Under the pieces are notes generated by a model. The model made no database searches and had not been told where the DNA came from. It saw nothing but the letters and a program-made list of their open reading frames with translations. Shown in pieces: positions 14,478 to 29,700 of a stretch of 64,000 bases of DNA. The position numbers and the translations under genes were made by a program. Source of the DNA: Paramecium tetraurelia (Eukaryota); the NCBI GenBank assembly GCA_000165425.1, contig CT868296.1:124001-188000 (forward strand), in the 5' to 3' direction. The number at the start of each line of letters is the position of its first letter. Position 1 is the first letter of the stretch.

Positions 14478-15272
14478 ATGAATTTAAGACTTAAAAACTC
14501 TAGCTTTGTGACTAACAACAATGATATCTCTAGATTAAGAAGAGCTCGACTTATTTAACCTAATTAACAATAATCTAAGTCCTTAGCTAATGTTAAAATC
14601 AATGTATCTCCAGAACTTAAACAAAAGAAATAGAAAACAATTCATCAAGATGGTGTCTAAGAAGAAACCATTAAGGATTACAAATAAAATGAAAAAAACC
14701 AATTTTGTAAAGCTAAATTATAAGAGTTATTTAGTCTGAGAAAAAGTACAGAATATATTATAAATTGAGGCAGCTTAACTCCGTTATTAAAATAATAAAT
14801 CAATAGATAGCAAACAATAATTAAGCATTAGCCTGACTTTACAAAGTAACAGGATTTATATGTTCGAATTAGAAGGCAAAGCATTGAAAATCTTTAAACC
14901 TAAGAAAAATAAAAGAATTTTTTATTAAGATCATCATAGGATTGCACCTAAAAGAAAATAATTTACACCAATAACCTTAAATCTACTAATGGAATTCCCC
15001 TCTTAAACAGAAGTGTTTCATAATTTACTTGTATCACTCCAAAAAAAAATGAAAATGACTGCATTAATTAATAATAAAAGGAAAGTATCAAAAGGTAAAA
15101 GTTCGAGGGGTTAATCAATTTAATAATTAATATGAACATTGAGAACCTAGTTATAGCTTTTAATTCAATCAAAAACAAAGCTCCTTTACTGCCTTTCATA
15201 AAGGAACTTAAAAGGAGAAAGGAAGATTTTCAACAGAAAAGGTTTTTTATCTAATTAGTTAAAGCATAATGA
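14478..15272 (+). CDS. Hypothetical protein
   Basis: Long code-6 ORF joined by a 24-nt intron (14746-14769) that contains the only in-frame TGA. Confidence 0.65.
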
Positions 15273-15317
15273 TGATTGATTTTTATTTATAAACAGATAG
15301 ATAATAATAATATAAAA

Positions 15318-18300
15318 TCATTAAATGTGGCTTTCTAGTAGATTAGGACATTGCCAAAAGACAAGGTCAACTAATTTTTATATTTAGTGACTATTGTAAT
15401 TATCCAATAAATCTTTTTAGTTGATTTTTTTTTATAAGCTAGATTCAATCTAATCAATATTCTGCATTATTTCAATATACAATTGCTGAAACAACTATAA
15501 AATAGTTTATATCTTAGTCACGTTAATTTGAATTTTTTGTAAATTGATTGGTGAAATAATTGTAAGTGGCTAATTTGATTATTCGTCTTCAATATTGCAA
15601 AAGTTATTTTACCCTTTTTCATCTAAATATATAGCCCATTTATTTGGATCAAAATTGCATCCATATTTGTGTAAGAAATTGATTAATTTTTAACCAATAT
15701 TGTGATCTTACCCAATGGCAGCCAACATAATAGTTAAGCAGAATGAACTAATACCACCAGTGTATGAATCATTTAGGTCTTTTATCTTGAGCAATTTCTT
15801 TAAATATATTGCTACTTCTGAGAACCCTTGAATTTTATCGCATATATCAATCGTGTATTGAGTCGATTAAAAACCAATATTGTATGCTTATATATATGGA
15901 TTATATATTCGATATGGAGGAGTCAATTCAAACGTGATATCAATGAAGATATGTTAACCTAAAGTCAAACTCAAAATTACTTGGATCTCCATATTTTAAA
16001 TTGAGATCAAGATTTCTGCACTGCATTAAAATATATTTTGGCTCTCCTTTGAACGAAAGAAAGTCTATAGAAGGATCTACTAAAACTTTGATAAGTGGCA
16101 CTGAGGCTTAAAATATATGTCTAAATTATAGTAAATAAATGTTACTTGCATTAAACAGTCCATTTCAATTCACTAAATATCTCTATCAATTTTCTCATAG
16201 GTTCAAATAATTATTATTTTGTGTATACATGTAAACCATAAACAACCATATCAACATCACTATCTTTTAAGGCTAAGCCAGTCGTAGATGATCCAAAGAT
16301 TTCAGTTTCGCAATTCTAAAAATATGATTTAATAACATGCTAGACTCTTTGAATAGAAATATCCCTAGCTACCTTGTACCTATTAAATTAATCAATCTCT
16401 TTTTGATATATTGATTTCACATCATTTGTAATTTTTTATTCCAATATTGTTTTATAGATCTTTTACAATTAGGTTTGATCCAAATCGTATGTGTATAACT
16501 TCTACTCTTTGTTTTAAGCTTTTGATTTGACTAAGCCTGATCTTTGAATTTTATTTATCCCATTCTCCTTTTTTTGTAAAGTGATCCTATTTTGCTATTG
16601 AGATTGCATCCTTTCCAATTTTAATTCATCATATTAGTGATGATTATTTTTTTAGACTGATTGAGAAGTAGATTTTTTTAATGCTGGAATATACTGTTAC
16701 TCATCTGGCAATGATTAATTGTCTTAAAACTCCTTATCTTTCTTGTTGGCCTACTTCTTATGTCTAGATGATTTTGACTTACTTTATTTTTTCTATTGCT
16801 TTTTATTCTAAACTTCAATGTAATCGCTCTCATCATCAGGTAATTAATTAATGACTATGGGAATTTCTTAAGTTACTTTTTCAATGATCAAGCTCTTTTA
16901 TTATTATAATTATTATTACTATTATTATTGTTATTATTATTATTATTGTTATTATTATTGTTATTGTTATTATTATTGTTATTATTGTTATTATTATTAT
17001 TCAATTGTTTATTCCTCATTATCATTATCATTTTCAATATCTTCATTATCATCTTTGATTGAAGATTTAGATGATTTCTCTATTTTTTCATCTTGTTACA
17101 CACTTAGCTATTAAGATTGATTCATTTATTTGAGTTTCTTCCTTTCTAAATTGCTAGAAATATCACTTGATAATTTTACTCTTTTTTTCTTTATTTTTCA
17201 AGCTGTTTTTTCCTTTATTTTTTAGACTTTGGTTTATCATTCCATTCATCATCTTTAATAATATCTTGAGATACTTATACGGGGGGTTCTGGCTACACAA
17301 TTTCAATTACTTATTATTTTTTAGTATTTTTAACTTTCTTAAGTTTCTTTTTATACTATTTAAAATTCTCAAGTTCTATCACAACAGTTTCAATCAACTT
17401 TTTCATAAAACCTGTCGAATGCTCATAAATTTACTGCTCTTTTTCCTCTAAATTAGTGCTAAATAATCTTTATTCAGTTTCTGGTAATATTTTTGACTTT
17501 CCAGAATTTGGAAAATAGGAAACAACTTATTTTAATTATTCCACATCAGCTTAACTTGAGAATAGTTTCAAATCAGAAAGCTTTTGTTTTGGTTTTTTCT
17601 TTTCTTTGAGATTCTCCTCAACTGGTTTTTTTAATGGACAAGTAATCTTTAATTATTTAGAAATTAAATATTTGCAAAACAATAAGGATTCTTTAACTAT
17701 AAGTTTGAAATTTAATATTTACTTGTGAATTTAAGGGGTGATTAAAAAATTGCATCTTTGTCCTATAATAAATAATGGATTTATTGTTCAACATTATTGA
17801 AATTTAAATTTTCATATTTAATATGTTCAGACCAACTTTATAATAGAACTTTTTCATCAATAAACTACATTTCTACTTTAGATTGCTCCAAAACCTTTTA
17901 AAATTCTTGAGTTTCAAAGTCATAATTGATATTATTGAAATTTAATTCAATTTAATGGAAGTTTAATAATTAATCTTATTTAGTATAATTGCATTTTTGT
18001 TCAAATTATTAGAATCTTAAGTTGTATTTACAATATGTTACTTTATTAAGATGGCCTTTTCAATTTCGTTTACAATGTGTTCTGATAAGGTCCAGAACAT
18101 TTTTTGATTTTATTATAAATCAAAATTAATTTCTGAGTATTCCTCATCCTCATTGGTCTCTATTCTCCAAGATTTTGTGAATATCAATTTTTTGGATAGT
18201 ATTTCAAACGATTAAATAATTTCCTCGATATTGCCTTTAATTGTAACGGTATCTAAAAGCCATTCATAATCTGAAATGTATGTATGATCAAGAATATACT

Positions 18301-18714
18301 ATTGTTTAAGTGCAATTGATACTTATTAGGCAGATCTCCATTCCTCAGTCATATCTATTCGATTGCACTCTCTCACATAATAATATTGATGTATTTGGAT
18401 TTTTACATTAACTTCATATGGGGAATGAGACAATTCCAGATATTCATGAAGTAACTTTTAATCCTAATTAAACATCTTTAGAAGGGAATGAACTCTGTAA
18501 TAAGAGGTAAAGGATAATACTTGCTCCAATTGTTGCGTTGGCAAATTTCTCAACCTTGATTAATGTGTCTCACTTACCAATTATATATTTGGTTTTTCTT
18601 TTCAGAAACATCCTTCTAAGGAGCATTCAGAGATTGACAGTAGTAAGTAACCTTGTTAATTTGGCGAGATGAATATCTTTGGAATTGGGTCTGGGGATAG
18701 GCAATCTCGTTCAT
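15318..18714 (-). CDS. Non-canonical poly(A) polymerase / terminal nucleotidyltransferase (TRF4/PAPD5-like) with long N-terminal extension
   Basis: FGSSTTGLALKDSDVDMVV, ASVPLIK, IFIDITF and LNDSYTGGISSFCLTIML motifs. About four short introns and a polyQ tract. Confidence 0.9.
16898..16999 (-). repeat. Coding (TAA/CAA/TAG)n tract encoding ~34-residue polyglutamine
   Basis: The plus strand shows (TTA/TTG)n, in frame with the nucleotidyltransferase gene. The poly-Tyr ORF in the track is its antisense artefact. Confidence 0.9.
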
Positions 18715-18781
18715 AAATAAATTATTTTATGTGGTGTTGTTTTTGTTAATTTGTACTTGAGTATATGCAAAATAAAAAACA

Positions 18782-19447
18782 TCATCTAAATCTTCTGAGG
18801 GAAATTCTATTTCTTCTGGCGTAATTGGCCCTTCTTGAAGGTCTAGTTTGATTGTTGCGATGACCCTTGACTCTGAGTCCTCTGCTCTTTCTGCCAGCCG
18901 ATGTTAAACCTTTCATATTAATTTTCATTCAAACCTCTCAATTCTCTATGCTTGTGAACTGGTTTGGTGATCCAGTTGATTCTTGAGTCTCCTCTGATTG
19001 CTGGGTGGAATGGATCAACGGTGATGACTTCATAATATTTGTATGTTCCATCTTAGGCAACCCAATAAGAGTTCAAAACTCTAAGAGCTTCCAATCTTTC
19101 GGCCTACTCTTTCCTCAGCAACTGATCTAAGGTTTCTGGTGGGCTTTAATTAATTGACTCCTTGACTCTTGGGCTTTCCCTTGACAAGTCCCTTTCTGAT
19201 GAGCAATTTTCTGCCTCCTCTTCTAACTCTGACTCTGTAAATCACATAGCCTAACATTATCATTATTTCTTTTACCTTGCTTGGCTTTGTATCCTAATCT
19301 TCTAGCCTTGTCAGGTCTGCTTGGTCTGGTTGCTCTGTGGATGACTGGTAATTGTCTGTATTCCCATGTTCTGATTCTCATGATGAAGCTCAACACATCT
19401 GATTGCTTCTTTTTCCAGAGCTCTTGTAAATACTTATATGCGCCCAT
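18782..19447 (-). CDS. RPL15: 60S ribosomal protein L15 (eL15) carrying a 1-nt insertion frameshift (assembly error or pseudogene)
   Basis: [18 protein letters not shown]...EERVGRKIG, then [20 protein letters not shown] only after skipping one base at ~19089-19090. Two introns. Confidence 0.95.
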
Positions 19448-19832
19448 TCTCTTAGAGAAAAAAGATTTTTATTTATGAAAAAATTTCAAATCAATATAAA
19501 GTAACCACAATATATAAATTTAATCATTTTATTTTTTAGAGTATTATTTTTTGATATTCATTTTTATCTTGAAGTTCTAGTTCAATCTCCCTATATTTAA
19601 GAGCAAAAAGGATTATTATAGTAGAAGTTCTCATAATAATTATTGTATATTCTTCATTTATCAAAAAATCTTTAAACTGATACAAGAATTACTCAAAAGA
19701 TGTATTAGAATTAATTATTGATCACTTCAATGCTATCTAGTGATTAGTTGATTTATTAATTTTGTTTATCGAATATTCAAATAGTTATTATGTAAGATAA
19801 TACAAAAACAGTTATTTTTTCAATTCAAATAT

Positions 19833-20697
19833 TCAATCTAATTCCAAATCAGAATTATCCCACTTCGCTATAGGTATTGATGATTATTTCTTAAAGCAAA
19901 ATTATTAATCAATTGGTTTTTAAGTCATTGACCTTTAATCTTTACTTCTTACACTACAAGTTTTTATGCTTTTAATTTAACTTGCTCTAACGGAGAATGG
20001 TGATTGAGTCAATCTTTGTTCAATTCTACATTTCTCAATATTCAACCCCAAAGACAGAGGCATAGCTTGAAATGGAATTGTTGTTCTTTTATTTTTAAAC
20101 GACGATCCAATTCGTGACTGTGCTAGTCTATAATTCAAAAATTCTTAGTGTTTTTTAGTTTTGTTTGATTAAACATTGGCTTCTGTTGGTAGTTTCTATG
20201 TTTAACAACCATCTTCTATTTTCTCAGTTCTAAAAGTTTGTGTTTTGCACTTTTCTTTGCTGGGATACATCTTCTCAAGCTATGATTTCTTCAACTCTAT
20301 TCTCTTTAAAATATCACTGTAGTTGCATTCATTGAGAGAAAGTGACTTATATTTAGTTCCCTATTATTTACTGGATTAATTTTTTGTCGATTTCGTTGTT
20401 TTTTATGTGAATTAGTAATTTTATAGTTATATTTATAAAATGGGGGGAGATCTAGTAGGAACGTTGGCTTAATGTTAATAATCTTTTAAAGTGGCTTGAT
20501 AAAAGGATCTTCTAGGATGTTTTTGATTCTTTTGGGCTTTTTAAGATGCAAGTAGTAATGAGAGATTGCAAAGTTTTTGTGGGCTATTTTCATCAATGTA
20601 ACTTATTGTAAGTGGTCTTTCATGAATTATTAGATTTTCTGCTCTGCTACTTATCGAAAAATATATTCTACCCAAAACAATCAATAGTTTTGTTCAT
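19833..20697 (-). CDS. Hypothetical basic protein
   Basis: MNKTIDCFG, a 25-nt intron, then an open code-6 frame to TGA at 19833-19835. Confidence 0.7.
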
Positions 20698-21710
20698 GTT
20701 CAATTAGTAATATAAATTAGTGCGATAATAAAATTAAAATATATATTTGAGTTTATTTTAAGAAAAACAAATATCTGAAGTATTAAGTGAATGCTTTTAT
20801 ATATTAATTTAATAATCTGAATAAAAAAATCAATAGGATTTTGTCTTGCCCTTGAAATTATTCAATGAATATTAGCAAGAGAGTTTAATGATCCATATCT
20901 CTAACTAGTTTATAGTTACCTGCTGCTGTCGCTATACACATAATGGCATCAATGTTTGCCTATCTTATCATACTATTTAGATAGATTAATTTTATCAAAT
21001 TTAAAACTCTATTAAAAATGAAATAATTTTTAAGAAAAACTATTATTTTTGGACGATCTTGATTTATAAATGAATATAAAATTATCAAATAAAATATTGC
21101 TCAAATCTCGAAAGAAATAGTCCAACTAATTATCATTCAATAATAAATATAGTATCTTTATGTGAAGTTTTAAAAGATTGATGATTAAAAATATCTTAGT
21201 ATAAATTTTCACAAATAGAAGATATATAATTTCAATTATATCTGCAAACTGGGCATTCTTGACTTTTTTTTTACCATGCTTATAGACAATTTTGATGGAA
21301 TATATGGCAACATTCGAGAACTCCTTTTTAATCCATGGGTCCAATATCTATTAAACATATTGGACATTCATGAGCAGTGTAAAATTAATATGTATCTGCA
21401 ATTTATTTTAAAGCACAATCAGAATAATGATCCTATTTGAATTGTTTAAATATTTTCTCTTGACAAAATTCACAAACATCATCTTCTTTCTCCTATAAAG
21501 CAAATGCTTAGCAATTCTATTAATGTTACTCAATTAACTTCTTGACTACTGTTTCTCCACAAAATTTGCAATCTTCAACTATGTTTTCTAATAGGCAACT
21601 TTCTAAATGATTTTCAATTCCACAATAGGGATAGTAGTCTCCACAATTGCTGCAAGGGTAGAGTTTCATATCTTCATCCTATATCTCACTCATTGAATTA
21701 AATATTAATA

Positions 21711-22851
21711 ATGTCTGATATATACTCTAATATTAATTCTCAACTTCATTCCAATTAGAATTTATCACTATACGCAAGACATTAAAAAGAAGCAAGAATA
21801 GAGCATTCGAGGTTGACTCCTGAAGATGGAAAGAAAAGCTGCTCTAAGTTTATAACAACCGATCACCTGTATTCTCAGATGAAGAAAAATTACCTCAAAA
21901 GCAAATCACAGCCGTGTAAGGATCGCAAAGATAAAAATTGCAGATGGGAATTATCAATCCAATACACTAATTCGAGGATCCCAGAATCATTAAAAATGAA
22001 GCTAAATAAAAAGAGCAGGAATGGTATGCTTAAAGGATGAAATAAAAATAGAGACCAAAACCAGAAGATCCATTAGTTGAACCCTAAGCAGATTTGGTTT
22101 TTTATGCAAATAAAATCGAGCTGAAGAATGCCTTAATTTTAAACTTTAGTATTCCTCCAATGTTGGAGAAAGAAAGACCTTTAATGTAAGATCATCTAAC
22201 CAATATATAGAAGATTTTCAAGAAGAGAAGAATTCAGAAGAATCTTAGATGAAACACCCAGATATTTGGGATAAAAGTACTCATGTTGAGTCCTTGAGAA
22301 TAAAGTTATGAAATACGAAAGCAAGAAAAGACCATAATCAGTTAAGGTGATATAATAACAATAAGTTCCAGTATAAGATAGATAAAAGGAAAAATTGAAT
22401 AAAAAAGGAGAGAGAAGAATGTTATTTGAAAAACCTAGTAATAAGCATGTATGATATTTTATTAGAAAATAAAAGAATTTCTATTCAAATTTTTTAAGAC
22501 AATAAACCATCTTTTAAAGGCCAGGAAATATAATAAAATTATATATAAAGGGGATCAATAGAATTATGACTTAAACACTTTATTCAATTTATGGGCAGAA
22601 CATAAGAAATTCAATTTCAAATCCAACCCTGAGAAATATAGTAATGTGATTCAGCTTATAATTTAGTAACTAAAGAATAATTTGTGGACTTTTTATTATT
22701 GATTGGAATTTATCCAGATAGATCTCATGAGGCTGAACGACTTTTTGATTATTGTCATGAGGATGTCGTCAAAGCACCTGGAATTGCTTAGTAGGAACAA
22801 ACGACTTAGGCTTAATAAGACTCTAAGTGGTTTAGATTATTAAAGGATTGA
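21711..22851 (+). CDS. Hypothetical protein, exon structure unresolved (possibly disrupted)
   Basis: Coding-like composition, several GT..AG micro-intron candidates and a clean last exon (ITKEQFVDFLLLIGIY...LLKD*). I could not join the 5' exons unambiguously. Confidence 0.45.
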
Positions 22852-22906
22852 AAATAAGTTTGAAGAAAATTATCGATTTTTATATAATGTACTATTGATT
22901 TATTAA

Positions 22907-23441
22907 TCAAAACAAAACAAATTGCTTTCTCACGTTACCAATAATTTCATTTGGGATGACTTTCAATACATTGAATCTAACAGTTTTTGATAAGGGTCTG
23001 AATTAAATCGATGAATTGAATACCTGCATTATCCGCAAACAACAATATCTCCTTCCTTGACTGGTCCAAAAGCTGGTGAGATGTGGACTGGGACATTTCT
23101 ATGTCTCTTTTCGTATCTATTATATTTGGCAACATAATGTAAATAGTCTCTTCTGATAATAATTGTTCTGGTCATCTTGGTAGAAATGACGATTCCTCTG
23201 TTTTGATAGTTTAATTAATATCATACTTTAAGATGGCACCTCTGACACTGACATTTCCTGTGAATGGACATTTCTTATCAATGTAATGTCCTTCAATTGC
23301 TTCCTTTGGTACTTTGAATCCGAGTCCAACTTCTTTCCAATATCTAACTCCTTTTGATGTTTTCTTAGCCAAAAGTTTTTTTGAGTTTTGGAAGATACCT
23401 TCTTGCTTTTGGAATGCTCTTTGTGATTAGACGTCTGCCAT
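22907..23441 (-). CDS. RPS11: 40S ribosomal protein S11 (uS17)
   Basis: [13 protein letters not shown]...[16 protein letters not shown]...[17 protein letters not shown]...VRKQFVLF*, with short introns. Confidence 0.97.
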
Positions 23442-23543
23442 TATATATTTTTTTTAAAAAAGATATAAATTTTAATGTAATAATAAGGAAATGAGTTTGA
23501 ACAAAAATAGATTAAATTTGTTTGAAAAAAAAACAATCCAAAA

Positions 23544-26056
<2,513 letters not shown>

Positions 26057-26117
26057 TTGGTTTATTTTATTTTATTATTAACAAAACTTTGTGTACCAAA
26101 TATGCCACAATTTATAC

Positions 26118-26130
26118 TTTTGGCGCAAAA
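26118..26130. promoter_or_regulatory. Putative E2F/DP binding site (TTTGGCGC) upstream of MCM3
   Basis: TTTTGGCGCAAAA lies ~62 bp upstream of the MCM3 ATG and matches the TTTSSCGC consensus in an otherwise very AT-rich spacer. Confidence 0.55.
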
Positions 26131-26727
26131 AAACATATATTTTAGATTTTTAGAATTAGATGGATATATTTGGTATCTGTGAGTTGGTAGCTTAAGTGAG
26201 AAGGTGAGCTGCAAGAAATAGTTTCAAAATATTTATAGGAACAATAAATGAAAATATAAGGACTAATTAGAATAAACTAATACAAATCTACTCTTTTAAC
26301 ACTGAATTTAGATGAGATAAACCTACCTAACTGAGGAAATATGAGTTGATAAATTAATATAATTACAATTCTTATAATTTTTTTGGAACTTTCTGAATAG
26401 AATTAACATTGCATTACTTATTCACATGATATTTGTCTAAATTTTGAATGAGGTTATATTGTAATAGTAAATTGGTAATGGGTGTGATACTGGATGTTTT
26501 TGGAGTGTTTGGAAGGAGATTTGTATAATGAGGGGAGGTTTATTTGATATAAAAATTAATAAAGTGCATGTTTGTGTGTAAATGTATTTGTATAAGTTTA
26601 GTTAAAATGATTATTTGAGACATTTGTGATAGATATTTATATATTCCTATTCATCATAGTTTATAAAGATATTTGATATCCATAATTAAATGATGGTGAT
26701 GTTTTAATATTAAAAAAAATAAATTTA

Positions 26728-29700
26728 ATGAGCTTTCCCCAGCATATTCCAAGCACATCACTTAGTTTCTTAGATCCGAGTTTGTTGATTGGGAATTTGG
26801 ATTGGCTGTATTTGTTGTCGATGAAGGAGACAGATGGATTATCAGAAAAGTCTTTAACTAAGGGTGAGGATGTTTCAGGGTTTGATGCCTTTCTGGAGCA
26901 AGTAGACTTTACGAGATCAGCATATATTAAATTGAGGTAGTGAAGTGTTGTAATAGGAGTAGATAGGATTATTTTAATTTGATACAGCATTCATCTCGGC
27001 ATTTGACAGAGAGTCTGTTGAACTCTAAGAATGAATACTTTGGCAGAGCCAGTATGATGTTGAACAAGATCAATAAGAGTAAAATAGAGAAGCCAATCGT
27101 GATGGCGACATGTAAGACATGGAATGTGTAATTTTAGATCACGAGTGCTCGTATGAGGTGTTCAAATAATGTCAGGGAGTGACAAGTTGTTCAGCATTGC
27201 AATCTAATCCGACGAGATGGCCTTGGGGATTGGAAGATTTCCACAAGTCATTATGCAAATAAGAGCTGTTGTCTCTCTTTTACGAACCAGATTACTCTAG
27301 AGAGAGTATCGATAAGAATTTACAAAGATTATTAAAGGAGATTGATCACAAACAATTGTCAAAGATATTGATAGATTATGCATTGAGAGTAGGAACGTTT
27401 AAGTAGATTTTGAGTCTTTGTGATTTAAATATAAGAGAAATTATAAAATTACCAAGATTGCAATAAAAGAGTCGCCATCTACATTATATGAGATCATTGT
27501 GCGACTAAGGAGGATTCACTATTACCTAATTACAGCAATTCACTAAGTTAAATTACCATCAAATGACAATGACATCCTCCTAATGTTACTTGTACATCTT
27601 GGTGAGTTCCCCAGTGGGTGGAATGTACAAGGTGGGCACAGGAGAAGGTGGAACTATAGCTGGTAAGATATATCTACATTAACCACTAAAAAAGCAAGAC
27701 GATGTCTAATGGGTATTCCTGCAGAATAAATTATATCTGAAACAGCAGAATGGAACTTTGGATATCATATGTCCTGAGACATTTCAGACTCTGAGTCAAA
27801 TGACTCTCCATTGTCCAGAACTATTTCAACATCCTCAAATGTAGGCAATAAACAAGAATTATCCATTGATTACTGATGGAGAGAAGCTATTCATCATTGG
27901 AAGAAAACTAAATATTACCAAAGTGGAAGGAGCACCAGCCAAAGTTATCAAAGAACCAGCAGCTTCCACTTCAAGAGCATAAAAGAAGAAGGAGGCTGAA
28001 CAGTAACCACCTGATAACACAATCAAGATTATGGATTTCATTCTTTTTGAATTCGACTTGAATAAACCAACAGGAAATGTATAAAATGAAGAAGAATCTG
28101 ATAAGAAACTATTGGCTGAATTATTTGAGTCATTTCAAGGATATTTCAGCAAGGCAGAGATTAGCAAGGCATTGAATCTGAATAAAAATGATATGTAAAA
28201 TGCAGCCCAATGGTTGGTTGAAGAAGGGGAGAAGGAAAGAAATAAAACAACCGTTTCTGTTTCAAAATAAACCTTACTGTGTTAAGCTGAAATCACTACT
28301 GACATCTCGGCTAAATAAGTCAAGAGCAGTGCTGATATAGGCTGTAAGGAGGGATCCATCTTATAACCATAAATCATTAGTAATATCATTTGGACTATGG
28401 ACAAAAAGTATTTGACAGCCTATTTTGAATTTGGAGTAAAGATATTTTCTAAAGATCCAGCAAATGAAAAAGAACTTGATCAGACTAAAGATGAATTCAA
28501 TCTCAGAGATCATTTTTACACCAAAAAGCCTTCTACTTCCACTCTACCTCTAAAAGGCACTTACATCACAACAGTTAATAAATATCTTAACGAATTCTAT
28601 TAGAATCCCAATTATATTGTGTCTTATGAACACAATACTAAAAGGTTCTATGTTATGCATATCTAATGGAATTCAACTGATCTTTAATTCCCTGCCTTAG
28701 TGACCATAGGATCTGATTTTGTTCATCGACCACTAAATCTCAATTTGACTCCAGCTACGACTTTCGACGAAGAAGTGGTTAACTTCCTGCTTTAATAATA
28801 AGAATAACGCTTTGATTAGGAATGGAGATTGAATGATTGGTATGTGGCATACTAAATAATGCTCAAGAATCTAAGAAGCATCTCTGAACATTTCTCAGAA
28901 GAGGAAGTTAAGAAAATACAAAGTGAAAAATCCAAATACATTCATCGATTGAATAAATCCATTCAATCCATTAACAATTAAAGAACCGAAGTCGAACTTA
29001 GAAAGGTTTATGCTTTTTGTGTAGAAGGTACTTGGGAGGAGTTGAAACAGATTTGGTCACTGTTCAAGAAGTATCACAAAATCCAATATCTTCAACTCTT
29101 ATAGTATTGGGTTTAATACAGTGAGATTTCTATCTTGTTGAATCCTGGAGTATATGATTTACTAAAAGAGATAGGAGAATATCTGATCTAAAATTGGTAA
29201 AGTGAATTGCATAGAAATATCTTTATTAAAGGTTGGACACTCTTTTTGTGTTCAAATTCCCTTTAATTATAGTATTTACGACTGGGAGATAATCAATTAT
29301 TACAGAATATCATATAGACATATTCAAGCATATAGCCAGAGACAGAATCTGCCATACTCAAATTAAAGTCTAAGAATGTTAACTTGGATGGAGATTTCAA
29401 ATCATTTATTCACAAAAAAGGAGCATAGCATTACTTGATTGAGCCATTCCCAAGATTGTTGGTTGAAGTAGTTGAGAGCGTGAAGTTATTCTAAAAAGTG
29501 TATCCAAAGGGCTATTTCGTGGATTGTGATATCACATAGATAAACCAGCAATTTTGGATATTAGCAAAAGAGTGGGCAACCCAATGTGATCTAACTAAAT
29601 GGTAATTCTTAACCATGCTATTTAATATGGCATTCAATGAGAACAATGAATGGGAAGTACAACATAAATTAGCTTTCAATATCTTGTAAGTATTTGAATT

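Noticed and set aside
16884..17451. Poly-Tyr/Cys and Phe/Leu-rich plus-strand ORFs
   Set aside because: Antisense shadows of the polyQ and Lys-rich regions of the nucleotidyltransferase gene. The same applies to 3680-4074, 44596-44913, 49581-49925 and 63629-63877.
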